In this document: positions 17,901 through 26,228 of the stretch, piece by piece
Layout of the letters: the number at the start of each line of letters is the position of its first letter
Numbering within the stretch: the first letter of the stretch is position 1
IMG/VR virus record: IMGVR_UViG_3300003393_000048
Location: 1-26,228 of that record
Reading direction: 5' to 3' (one strand)
DNA length: 26,228 bases
DNA from: a virus
Lineage: Duplodnaviria; Caudoviricetes
Made by a program: the position numbers and the translations under genes
Notes under the pieces: model-generated
What the model was told of the DNA's origin: nothing
Database searches by the model: none
The model's input: the letters and a program-made list of their open reading frames with translations, nothing else

Positions 17901-20900
17901 ACTTCAACCCGGCTTACAAGATGTCGTAGTATCGCGCTCATTGAGTGCTTGGAGATGGTACCGTAAGTTTATTGCCAAGTTAGAGGAAGGTAATAGTATC
18001 TATGATATTGCGTCCCTGGGAGTTGACAATGCACTTGATCGTGTCTTGGGCGAGCTATTACTTGGTGTAAATTACAGTTCGGCTGACGCAGTATCAGGTA
18101 TGGCATTTGCACGAGACGGTATGCAGTTAAACACAGTAATTGCCGTTGGCAATGATACTTTTCCAATTGGCTCAACTAACTTGTTTACCAATCCATACGC
18201 AGCTGATCATGTGTATGTATACCTAAACGGCAATTTACAATTGACTGGCACTGACTATACAATCATTGGACAACAAGTTGTTTTTAATAGTACTCCAGCA
18301 GCTGGTAGTAGTGTTGAAATTTACTTTGCAGAAGAAACAGAAATTTATTCTGGCATCCCAGCGAGCCCTGCTAAACTTGGTCTAGGCGGATTATACATCC
18401 CAGGCCTTGTGACTGAAACATGGGGAACAAACAGTCGTACGTTTATACAGCGACACGATGGTTCACGTATCAGTGCATACCTAGATCCAGAATCTGGAGA
18501 AGCAACTGCAAGTAATCCATTAAATGCGATTCTATTAGAGCTAGAAAACAGAATTTACAACGCATGTGTTAACACAGTAGGTGAAGCTAATAGACAATAT
18601 GCATTTAGAAATTATGCAAGTCAAGAAGTGACTGAGTCGCAGTCACGTTCGCAATTAGAATGGTATGCTGTTAATGGAATCGACTACAGAAGTCGTGCCG
18701 ACTTTGATGCTAACGATTCATGGACATGGAACTATGGTAGTGCAAGTTGGAGAAAGTTATACTTAGACTTTTATGGCACTTATCATTTACATGATGCGCC
18801 GTGGGAAGCATTGGGTTACGATAACAAGCCATTATGGTGGGACACACACTACTCGTGGACTGATGCAACAAAGCGTCCAGCACTTGAATTGGCACTGTAT
18901 TTTGGTATCTTAAATGAACCAAGTAGTGCAGCATTCATTGATCCAGCATTTGTACATCCACACAGTTCTTTCCCGGTTGACACAGCCGGCAATTTACTAA
19001 GCCCATTCGAAGCCGGCATCGCATCGCCAACAGTAGACGAAGCACAACAGCCCTGGGAAATTGGCGCAATGGGTCCTGCCGAGATGGCCTGGAGACGCAG
19101 TGTAAGCGGTACTTGGAGTAATGTGCTTCATTCACTTGATCGTTACGATTTAGCCAATGAGTTTTTTGATAGCTCAATTAATCCGTTCATTCAAACAGTA
19201 AGCAACAACAGTACTGCACCTAAAGGCACTGGCAGCATTGCGCCAGATCAGTTTTTATATACACGAACTCTAATTGGTATTGGTGCTGTAATATTTGAAG
19301 GTTACAGGGAGTTTAATTTATTAGGTGAAACACCATTAAATGATTTATTGGCAATTGGTACAAAGTTGGAGTTTAGTGTAGGTGGATTTACTGACGGTGT
19401 TATTACACTAAAAATGCCGTACTCTAAATTTCAAGACAATGAGTATGTACCTGACAATGATTTTGGTTTAACATTAAGTAATGGCGTTCCAAAGGAACAG
19501 TTACGTTATACATCGGTTAGAGTTGAAAAGGATGATGTTGGATTCCGGGTGTACGGATTTGATCCAGCGCAACGATTCTTTAAAGTATTAACTCCAACAA
19601 CAAATGCATTATCAAACGGATATCCTACGACACGTAAACAGTTGGTGACTAGCTATGGTACCTTTGTTGAATACTTGAGTTGGAACACTACGCCAATTAC
19701 AGTTCCGTATGGTTCGTATGTTTCAAACAAGCAAGACCTTATTACATTATTGATGGGCTTGGGCGAATATCAGACCAGTCGTGGATTGATACTTGACAGC
19801 TTAAATAATCGCGGCACTGTTACTAATTGGAAGCAGGCAGCAATTGATGCAATAGCTTGGATTGAAGAGCAATGGGGCGATGAACACTTCTGCGTAGTTG
19901 GCGTTGCAACGACTGATGGTTTAAAACTATATCATGAAATGGGCGCACTAAGCAGATTAGATGCTGATCTTGGCCGTACTGGTAAAGTGTTGTATGCGAA
20001 TGGACGTTCAGCAACAGCAGCAGAACTATTGATTACTCGAGATGCCGAGCCAAACATTGATAAGATTTCCCCATTGACTAGCGAACAAGTGGTATTTGTT
20101 AACTTTGAGTTACAGTACCATGATCATGTATTCTTTATCAGTAACAAAACTAAATTTGGCGATTTGATTGCTGACCTGCAAACAGATAACAGACTACAAG
20201 ACTTAACGATTTCTGGACGTAGAACTTACAACTGGACTGGCCGCCCATCTGCATTAGGTGTAATACCACAGCAGTATAGCACACTACCGGGGTTTGATAC
20301 CCTGGTCAATGATATTGTTGCAAGTCATATGCCCGAGCGTGTAGCATTTGATACACTAAAAACTGATATTGCTCGGGGCAATGTAATTCCGTCAAAGAAA
20401 AGTGTTATTGCTGATATTGTGCAAGACAGTACAAGTGCTTATCTATATCGTCAAGGGCTTCAAAGTGCAGTTGGCACAAACTTGGCCATTGATGCATTGT
20501 TTAGAAACAGAAACATTGACATTCCGGGCAACGAACAAGATATTGGAGTTAACGAACAGTGGATGTTCAATAATGGAGAATTTGGAAATTTATCAAACAA
20601 GAAAATTTGGGAGATAGAACTTCGTAAAAAAGATTTGACAAGCAACAGACAGATTGTACGATTCAGAGACGATGCGCTGGGTGCCACAGATTTGCGTAGC
20701 GACAACATCATTGATATTGTTGGCAAAGCTGATCCACGTTGGGTGTCTCGCCCAAGCAATTACTTGTTTAAAACAATTAATAGAGATGAGATTGATAAAA
20801 ATTATAGCAAGTCGCAAAACTGGTTGCCAAGTGCAGGTATTGCAGACGTAGCCAAAACTGATATTGAAATAATGCAACTGAGCGAGCTTACATTTGATAA

Positions 20901-23688
20901 GTTGCTTGAAGTAGAACGTTCTGCGGAACTATTTAATGCACAATCATTCAGTCGATATAACGACTACAACCCCGGCGACCATGTTTGGAATCAGGGTAAA
21001 TTTTACAGTGCAACAGTACGTATTATTGGTTCTGCTGTTAGCGCATTTGATAGTACTCAGTGGGCTGAAATAACAGTTGCGGGCACTATGTTGCCTTCAA
21101 TTTGGATAAGTGACTATATCTTTGCACCACAGGGCTACGGCTGGAACGTATTACAGGCATTTGCTCCTGCATACGTTGAAGAAATTTGCCCAAATGCAAT
21201 TGACACAGGCTTAAATGAAAGTAAGGCTTCGTTTGCAAGCCCGCATAGATTAGCAGTTGGGGACTCGTTCATCATTGGCGGCACCAATGATGGAAACTAT
21301 AATGCAGTTCATCGAGTAGAAGCAGTAGTAGATGATTATAACGTGTTAATTGCAGCGCGAAGCACAAGCAACAAAGTTGTTTATAATGCAGTCGCATTCA
21401 AGTTAAGCTCTGTTAAGTTTAACACCGACGTAGAGTTTCTAAATTCAACGCTGACATTCAGTGCTGGCATGTTGGCATACATTGACTACGGTGACATCGA
21501 AGGCAGCTATAAAATATATACATTTACTGGAGATGGAGCGGTAAGTGAATTAGAATACACCATTGAGAATTATAGTCCCACAATGGTCGATAGTGGCGCA
21601 ATTTATCAAGTGCAGTTGTTTGATTATCAAACAGAAAACTTGATACAAACGCTTGAAGTGTTTGATCCATACAAGGGTTTAACCATTGACGATGTTGCAC
21701 AGTTTATTGACTTTAAACAATTGCCCGACCCGGCCAGTTACAATGTTAACGAATTGGGTATCTTAGACGAATACAATTCGGCACCTTGGGGTGCTGCCCA
21801 AATTGGCAAGCTATGGTGGGATCTTGACAAAGTACGCTACATTGAATATGAACAATCGGGTAATTTACAATACCGTGCTAACCATTGGGGAGAACGCTTT
21901 GCCAACAGTGAAGTTGCTATCTACGAATGGGTAGCAAGTGCTGAATTGCCAACTTTAGATATTGCTCCAGATGCGTATTTAGATACAAGCGGCAATGCCA
22001 ACGGACAAATTAGATACAGTGAAATTACAATCACTGATTCAACTTCCGGGGCAACCACAACCACTTATTATTACTGGAAGCGTAGCCCTTCTATAGTACC
22101 AGCTGGCGGTAACAGAACATACTCAGCAGCAGCTATTGAATCTGTATTGAATAATCCAGATTTAAACGGTGTTGCTTGGTTAGCACCAATTGACACTAAT
22201 GCATTTATTATTGCTAACATTGCCGGGATGTTTGGCAATAGAGACCGAGTAATTTTACGTATTGAGCAAAATATAAATCCAGAGCAATCACATGCTAACA
22301 GCGTATTAGTAACAGAAAACGTTGATATCATCGATGACTTCTTATATCAACGATTGTCGTCGAGTGTAGTTGGCCGCGACAATTACAGAGAAGCATATAA
22401 GTTAAATGAATATACTGTTGGCACGCAATACTTTAAAGGCGATTACGTGTACATCAAAGATAATGGGACTGATATCACTACCAATGTGTACGGCGACGAC
22501 GACTACCCAATACTTCAAAACTTCGATGATACCCGCAATGATGTTAATACTGTTAGACGGTCGTTGTCTGCCAATCATAAAATTTATGTAGCTATCAATG
22601 ATTTCATTGCTATTGGACTTGAACAAGATATCGTTAAACGAACTATTATTAAAAGTGCGGCCAGCGCCTTAATTAAAGATCCATACGAAAATTCCAATGG
22701 CTATTACGCAGTTGTAAATACCCGTCGCAAAGTGCCTGACGCCAGTTTGCATCCTTTACGTCGATTTGGCAATGCGTATGTGCCACGCCCACAATCTTGG
22801 TTTAAAGATATTATTGCAGCCCGTCGAACTCTTATTGTTGCAGCCAATGACTATTTGTTAAACATCGATACAGTAAGTAAGTTTAACTGGGATAGATACT
22901 TGTTAAAGTATCAGCCATTGAACGGTTATTACGAAAAGGATCTAACACAGTACTGGTATTATACAGACTATATTGTTGCGGGTTACATAGTTGGAAATGA
23001 ACAAGTGCAACTTCGTTCAGCAGACATTGGCTCACTTGACAATACTATAACGAACTTTAGTATAGTGGACGATTATGGAAATGTCATCGAAGCTTATACC
23101 AAGTCGGGCAATAACTTGACACTAATGTATCGTAAAAATGGTACAATACAGTTTTCAAACGCAATCTGGGACGGTAGCTTAAATGATGCATGGGACAAGT
23201 TGCCATGGGACAAAACATATTGGGATGAAGATATTAGTGAAGTAGTGGAAAGTATCCTACGTGCCCTACGTAAAAATATTTTTGTCGGGGAAGATATCAA
23301 CTACTTTAACAAGTTATTCTTTGCATTGGTCAAAGAAAGTTTGTCACAGATTTCAAACGCAGATTGGGTCGTAAAAACAACATATCTTGATGTGTTCCAG
23401 ACCAGCGAGCGTGAGCTAGAAAAGGTGGGTACATACTACAACAAGAAAGATAAGTTAATTATCAAGTACATTGATGAAGTTAAACCGTTCCACAGTAAAA
23501 TTGTTGAAGCAAACAAGCTAAACAATGCACAGCAAGACATTATAGTAAGCATGGGAGAAGCAGTTACGCTGAATGTAACTACTCGTTCAATGATAACTGA
23601 CGAAAATGGCAATCCAATTACTACCGAAGATGGTAGAAAACTATCACCAATTGTAGCAGTAATTGTGCAAGACTTGATTGAACAATAA
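14986..23688 (+). CDS. Giant virion structural protein (probable gp7-like baseplate wedge), 2900 aa
   Basis: Uninterrupted ORF after gp6; LLPAIFKTETNKK N-terminus, DPDKFLNWANYYW, Ig-like V..NG.L...DY repeats, WD-x-PWD motifs and C-terminal YIDEVKPFHSKI. Confidence 0.7.
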   Translation: MAKDPKKLNPENPYSKTYPGQDLNTGVSPGTTDLLPAIFKTETNKKVLSAIVEDLFQPSSIETLNYAVGRNRTKFTGLDYLPHPIARRQLETGLALFNDTGVSVLTADDIATAWELNDRTNETVEPISILDLPIDPDKFLNWANYYWIEERMPVVFLTSGTTDALNVQADIIGKKYYSSPIQANGRNLEFKNGMRVVFHQRPGVAITNGDLDADLLTNGTDQLHLDYEFINYDRGLIGVSVDGVILTQGVDYYITGNHIVWLTEFPTLKAVHVHAPNYYITLDDEIRLRSWLVYGVGSEEGIQLLGLASQFTNTVYSKLSNALWDQAAVPWDRVEWDGFIPGINPKEYILQEPGAHNRNAHSRTNCWFHKSTIQTTVDFLGIEFGDIANSDSRALRPIVEFENSLELYNHGTRYRAWPTFLVNELNISISDFFNLPLVDSNTTTLNARYMSLLAKLDRPVDIVVQTQINANFKLALNASSIPQDELIKILSNLDKDNAAGRIPKYAVYKINGNSITWIKNPPASNWTITYRISGVLLSALRILWLAKDVNINKILNIRHDGNVTTGVTKEIAVDGDAVVINVTSSADRHYLKEYHWKNGVAIPATFRTTAIQQPVFEIYSRDGVKLSASTRTKPSVVNSTIVKIKTGTHFDAESGYSLDFLPTQFTQLSADNMAVNSMYNILYEHTLQTTASYIDSTGTQQPVPGPYSFCRYASGDTATELSNGYRRAWFKLKSWALRSQSVDSTTTIQLDGSMWPEYNWAVKIVNGVGTVLHTDDFKTVVDNVAVGARGRAVSFQVYHNGLQTTATVQGQGFDAFDVPVVDGTVTFVVPTTAVDTLTVSVGFISFTARLIELKDDPRFVKIRLNGLPVDYTVDSTAYTVTLHGPGIAEIQHQGNAIDGDHITAIPGIDYNPEQFENFGEISVARIIKGLSKNIAVNTAGTREWIDSPRFKTLDGIYMADNSAIRSSWANFALQPGLQDVVVSRSLSAWRWYRKFIAKLEEGNSIYDIASLGVDNALDRVLGELLLGVNYSSADAVSGMAFARDGMQLNTVIAVGNDTFPIGSTNLFTNPYAADHVYVYLNGNLQLTGTDYTIIGQQVVFNSTPAAGSSVEIYFAEETEIYSGIPASPAKLGLGGLYIPGLVTETWGTNSRTFIQRHDGSRISAYLDPESGEATASNPLNAILLELENRIYNACVNTVGEANRQYAFRNYASQEVTESQSRSQLEWYAVNGIDYRSRADFDANDSWTWNYGSASWRKLYLDFYGTYHLHDAPWEALGYDNKPLWWDTHYSWTDATKRPALELALYFGILNEPSSAAFIDPAFVHPHSSFPVDTAGNLLSPFEAGIASPTVDEAQQPWEIGAMGPAEMAWRRSVSGTWSNVLHSLDRYDLANEFFDSSINPFIQTVSNNSTAPKGTGSIAPDQFLYTRTLIGIGAVIFEGYREFNLLGETPLNDLLAIGTKLEFSVGGFTDGVITLKMPYSKFQDNEYVPDNDFGLTLSNGVPKEQLRYTSVRVEKDDVGFRVYGFDPAQRFFKVLTPTTNALSNGYPTTRKQLVTSYGTFVEYLSWNTTPITVPYGSYVSNKQDLITLLMGLGEYQTSRGLILDSLNNRGTVTNWKQAAIDAIAWIEEQWGDEHFCVVGVATTDGLKLYHEMGALSRLDADLGRTGKVLYANGRSATAAELLITRDAEPNIDKISPLTSEQVVFVNFELQYHDHVFFISNKTKFGDLIADLQTDNRLQDLTISGRRTYNWTGRPSALGVIPQQYSTLPGFDTLVNDIVASHMPERVAFDTLKTDIARGNVIPSKKSVIADIVQDSTSAYLYRQGLQSAVGTNLAIDALFRNRNIDIPGNEQDIGVNEQWMFNNGEFGNLSNKKIWEIELRKKDLTSNRQIVRFRDDALGATDLRSDNIIDIVGKADPRWVSRPSNYLFKTINRDEIDKNYSKSQNWLPSAGIADVAKTDIEIMQLSELTFDKLLEVERSAELFNAQSFSRYNDYNPGDHVWNQGKFYSATVRIIGSAVSAFDSTQWAEITVAGTMLPSIWISDYIFAPQGYGWNVLQAFAPAYVEEICPNAIDTGLNESKASFASPHRLAVGDSFIIGGTNDGNYNAVHRVEAVVDDYNVLIAARSTSNKVVYNAVAFKLSSVKFNTDVEFLNSTLTFSAGMLAYIDYGDIEGSYKIYTFTGDGAVSELEYTIENYSPTMVDSGAIYQVQLFDYQTENLIQTLEVFDPYKGLTIDDVAQFIDFKQLPDPASYNVNELGILDEYNSAPWGAAQIGKLWWDLDKVRYIEYEQSGNLQYRANHWGERFANSEVAIYEWVASAELPTLDIAPDAYLDTSGNANGQIRYSEITITDSTSGATTTTYYYWKRSPSIVPAGGNRTYSAAAIESVLNNPDLNGVAWLAPIDTNAFIIANIAGMFGNRDRVILRIEQNINPEQSHANSVLVTENVDIIDDFLYQRLSSSVVGRDNYREAYKLNEYTVGTQYFKGDYVYIKDNGTDITTNVYGDDDYPILQNFDDTRNDVNTVRRSLSANHKIYVAINDFIAIGLEQDIVKRTIIKSAASALIKDPYENSNGYYAVVNTRRKVPDASLHPLRRFGNAYVPRPQSWFKDIIAARRTLIVAANDYLLNIDTVSKFNWDRYLLKYQPLNGYYEKDLTQYWYYTDYIVAGYIVGNEQVQLRSADIGSLDNTITNFSIVDDYGNVIEAYTKSGNNLTLMYRKNGTIQFSNAIWDGSLNDAWDKLPWDKTYWDEDISEVVESILRALRKNIFVGEDINYFNKLFFALVKESLSQISNADWVVKTTYLDVFQTSERELEKVGTYYNKKDKLIIKYIDEVKPFHSKIVEANKLNNAQQDIIVSMGEAVTLNVTTRSMITDENGNPITTEDGRKLSPIVAVIVQDLIEQ

Positions 23689-23709
23689 AGTGGGTTATTT
23701 TAACTACGC

Positions 23710-23715
23710 TAAATA
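23710..23715 (+). promoter_or_regulatory. Putative late promoter core TAAATA, 5 nt before ATG 23721
   Basis: GCTAAATATCATTATG; no SD between core and ATG. Confidence 0.6.
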
Positions 23716-23720
23716 TCATT

Positions 23721-24347
23721 ATGAACATAACATCTTTACCAGTTAAAATTACAACTCACATTGTGATTACAGATGCTGATACCGGGCAAGTCTTGCGAGA
23801 AGGCCAAAACGCTATACATCAAGAGAATATGAGCCAAGTGTTGGCCACTGCTCTTGCCCGTGGAACTAACAGCTTTATTAGCGAAATGCATTTTGGTAAA
23901 GGGGCAAGTGTTACTGCAATTGACGGTTCTATTTCATATAGAACGCCGAACGTGTTCGGATCAAATGCAGAACTGTACAATCCAACATACTTTACAGTTG
24001 TTGACGCTCAGGACTTAAATAACCCAGACTCAGCTAATAATAATCTAACAGTTACACACACTACAGGAACAACCTATAGTAGTACTGTAGTAACAGCAAC
24101 ATTAGATTATGACGATCCGATAGCAAGTGACAGTGTTTTTAACATTGTTAACAGCACCGAAGACAGCTTGAATGCAACTACAAGTGTAGATGGCGAAATG
24201 GTGTTTGATGAGATTGCATTGAAAACAAAAGGGACAGCAGGTTTAAATTCTGGAAATTTACTAACGCACTTTATATTTCACCCAGTTGAGAAAAGTCACA
24301 ATCAGCGTATACAGATAGTATACACGCTAAAAGTTCAAGCTGGTTAA
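23721..24347 (+). CDS. Putative virion structural (baseplate/tail-associated) protein
   Basis: 208-aa ORF with NAIHQEN, FDEIAL and LLTHFIFHPVEKS..IQIVYTL motifs; tail-module context. Confidence 0.6.
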   Translation: MNITSLPVKITTHIVITDADTGQVLREGQNAIHQENMSQVLATALARGTNSFISEMHFGKGASVTAIDGSISYRTPNVFGSNAELYNPTYFTVVDAQDLNNPDSANNNLTVTHTTGTTYSSTVVTATLDYDDPIASDSVFNIVNSTEDSLNATTSVDGEMVFDEIALKTKGTAGLNSGNLLTHFIFHPVEKSHNQRIQIVYTLKVQAG

Positions 24348-24360
24348 ACCAAATTTAAAC

Positions 24361-24366
24361 TAAATA
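24361..24366 (+). promoter_or_regulatory. Putative late promoter core TAAATA
   Basis: Intergenic CTAAATA, followed by AAAGGA SD and the ATG at 24400. Confidence 0.55.
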
Positions 24367-24399
24367 TACAAAGGCATTAAGCCAAAAGGACATGAAGAA

Positions 24400-25473
24400 A
24401 TGGCATACGAAGTAAACAAAGCAAACGGTGATGTGTTAGTTAACCTAATCGACGGGGAAATTGACAATACATCAACCAGTTTAAACTTATTGGGCAAGAA
24501 CTATCTTGGCTATGGCGAGCTGATCGCTGAAAACTTTGTTCATTTGCTAGAAAACTTTGCAAGTAGCATTGAACCAATTAGTCCAGTAACTGGCCAACAA
24601 TGGTTTGACACTGGTGAACGTAGACTTAAATTAAACACAGACAATTCAAATTGGAAGACAATTGCATTTTTGGCTGCGCAAAATTCTGTCCCACCAATTG
24701 GAACTTCAATTCGCGGCGACTTTTGGTACGACACTGCAAACAACGCTATTAAGATTTACACAGCCGACGTAACTTTACCGGGCACAAATGGCAACGGTTG
24801 GATGAACGTTGGTGCATTCCAAGGCAACCGTGAAACTGCAACTGGTATGGCATTCTTAGACTTGTTAGATACTAACAGCGGCTTACATAAAGTTGTTGCG
24901 CTATATGCAATGGGTGTATGCGTTATGATTATTAGTTCTGATGCTGACTTTACTATTGCTAATTCACACGCAGTCCCGGGCTTTGACGAGATTGGTAAAG
25001 GTATTAACATGAACACCAGCGGTCGTGACACCACAGGCTTTGATACAAATGCGTTTAAGTTACGCGGTATTAGTATGGAAGCTGAATTTGCTGACGTTGC
25101 TGAAATTTATGTAGGCGATGCCAGTTACGAACCTGGAACGCTTGTTTCTTTAGGTGGCATTGCAGAAGTAACACAAACAACAGAATTTGGCGATACAAAC
25201 ATTTTTGGTATTGTATCAACACGTCCAGCTTACTTGATGAACTCAAAGCAAAAGCGCGAAAAGAATGCATTACCAATTGCAGTTGCTGGACGTATTCCAG
25301 TTAAGGTAAAGGGTGAAGTTAAACGTGGTGACAGACTAGTTGCCAGTGACGTCCCGGGTGTTGCACAGGCTGCACCAGTGGATGTAGCAAGCTGGGCAAT
25401 TATTGGACGTAGCTTAGACAACTTTACTGGTGCTGATATTGGTAAAGTTGAGGCTGTAATCGGAGCACGATAA
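24400..25473 (+). CDS. Tail fibre/appendage-like protein with C-terminal peptidase G2 (intramolecular chaperone) domain
   Basis: N-terminal LNLLGKNYLGYGE..AENFVHLLENFA..P..P..GQQWFD anchor; C-terminal FADVAEIY...YEPGTLV...GIVSTRPAYLMN...AGRIPVKV.G.VKRGDRLV. Confidence 0.75.
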   Translation: MAYEVNKANGDVLVNLIDGEIDNTSTSLNLLGKNYLGYGELIAENFVHLLENFASSIEPISPVTGQQWFDTGERRLKLNTDNSNWKTIAFLAAQNSVPPIGTSIRGDFWYDTANNAIKIYTADVTLPGTNGNGWMNVGAFQGNRETATGMAFLDLLDTNSGLHKVVALYAMGVCVMIISSDADFTIANSHAVPGFDEIGKGINMNTSGRDTTGFDTNAFKLRGISMEAEFADVAEIYVGDASYEPGTLVSLGGIAEVTQTTEFGDTNIFGIVSTRPAYLMNSKQKREKNALPIAVAGRIPVKVKGEVKRGDRLVASDVPGVAQAAPVDVASWAIIGRSLDNFTGADIGKVEAVIGAR

Positions 25474-26228
25474 TGGCTATTCAGCGTAAAAAAATTACCG
25501 CTGAAGACCTAAACAAATTGGCATCTGATGTCAATGAATTGTTTGGCGATACCCATGCAGGTGAAGGGCCATCCACAGACACTCAAACTCAAGACGATAT
25601 TCGTTGGGGCTGGGGAGGTGAGAACGTTGAACATGTGCAGCCAAAGCAAAAGCTAACGGCCGCCTTTACTAACGAATTAGTTAATCGTATTAACCTGAGT
25701 ACATTAAGAACTAACAGTACAGATCAAGAACTTGTTATTGTTTCGCAGGGCGAAAAAGTAACAGCAGAATTTTTTAATACAGCAGCGAATCTATTAGATT
25801 CAGCAAGAAACTCTCGTAACGAAGTTGATCCAGCATTAACTTCGTTGACAACTATTCGAACAGTTACAAGCACAGTAACTCAATGGAGACACCAGCTCGA
25901 AAACGTGGTTGAATTTGATTTTGAAGGATACGAAAGTGCTCGGCACTTTTTTAACGCTGGCGGCGATATTCGTCTGGCATTTTCAATTGTAGACGGCAGC
26001 GGCCAAGGTTACGGAACCTGGCGCAGTATTTTCACTGATCAGGGCACATTACGCTTAAACGTTGATACCATGCAAAGTTTAAACAACCGTGGTATTAGCC
26101 AAGACGTTGGATTCGCAGAGTTAGTACTTGGTGAACAATTGCTTTACACTAGCCCGCAAGGTGGTGGAGGCGGCTATGGTGGCTATGGTGGCTATGGTGG
26201 CTATGGTGGCTATGGTGGCTATGGTGGC
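25473..26228 (+). CDS. Virion structural protein, truncated at window edge (not in the ORF track)
   Basis: ATG overlaps the previous TAA; open for 252 codons (MAIQRKKITAEDLN...ARHFFNAGGDIRL...GGYGGYGG) with no stop before the end. Confidence 0.75.
   Translation, partial: MAIQRKKITAEDLNKLASDVNELFGDTHAGEGPSTDTQTQDDIRWGWGGENVEHVQPKQKLTAAFTNELVNRINLSTLRTNSTDQELVIVSQGEKVTAEFFNTAANLLDSARNSRNEVDPALTSLTTIRTVTSTVTQWRHQLENVVEFDFEGYESARHFFNAGGDIRLAFSIVDGSGQGYGTWRSIFTDQGTLRLNVDTMQSLNNRGISQDVGFAELVLGEQLLYTSPQGGGGGYGGYGGYGGYGGYGGYGG
26172..26228 (+). repeat. Perfect 9-bp tandem repeat (GGCTATGGT)x6+ encoding (Gly-Tyr-Gly)n
   Basis: Six identical copies plus a partial copy, running off the window. Confidence 0.95.

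Noticed and set aside
1143-25421. Numerous short antisense or out-of-frame ORFs in the track (e.g. 1143-1508, 4093-4437, 5522-5725, 12750-13118, 20460-20759)
   Set aside because: They are shadows of well-supported genes and have no motifs or ribosome-binding sites.
479-26228. Stop-codon reassignment, inteins or introns in the coding genes
   Set aside because: Genes are full length and tightly packed under the standard code; no intein motifs or split genes were seen.

Overview
Segment of a large (probably jumbo) T4-related myophage genome, read in the standard genetic code, with two divergent blocks. Leftward (minus strand) from a near-consensus sigma70 promoter at 5525-5554: late sigma factor gp55, a MazG/DR2231-like pyrophosphatase, a DUF465 protein, the gp47/gp46 (Mre11/Rad50-like) nuclease, a histone H1 (Hc1)-like basic protein and a compact stand-alone GIY-YIG protein. 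Rightward (plus strand) from TAAATA late-promoter cores: an HxGH nucleotidyltransferase and a baseplate/tail module (tube initiator-like, gp53, hub, gp5 with C-terminal lysozyme-like domain, gp25, gp6, a 2900-aa wedge-like protein, a peptidase-G2 fibre protein and a truncated virion protein ending in a perfect GGY repeat). The most unusual element is the ~470-nt non-coding region directly downstream of the GIY-YIG gene (1-478). On the minus strand it folds by eye into many hairpins with GUAA and C(UUCG)G loops, G-U pairs and likely pseudoknots, and it includes a short run of GAGT motifs spaced 10 bp apart. It is a candidate large ornate ncRNA co-transcribed with a GIY-YIG nuclease that has no DNA-binding domain. 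All assignments come from motif recognition and manual pairing; no searches or folding programs were run.
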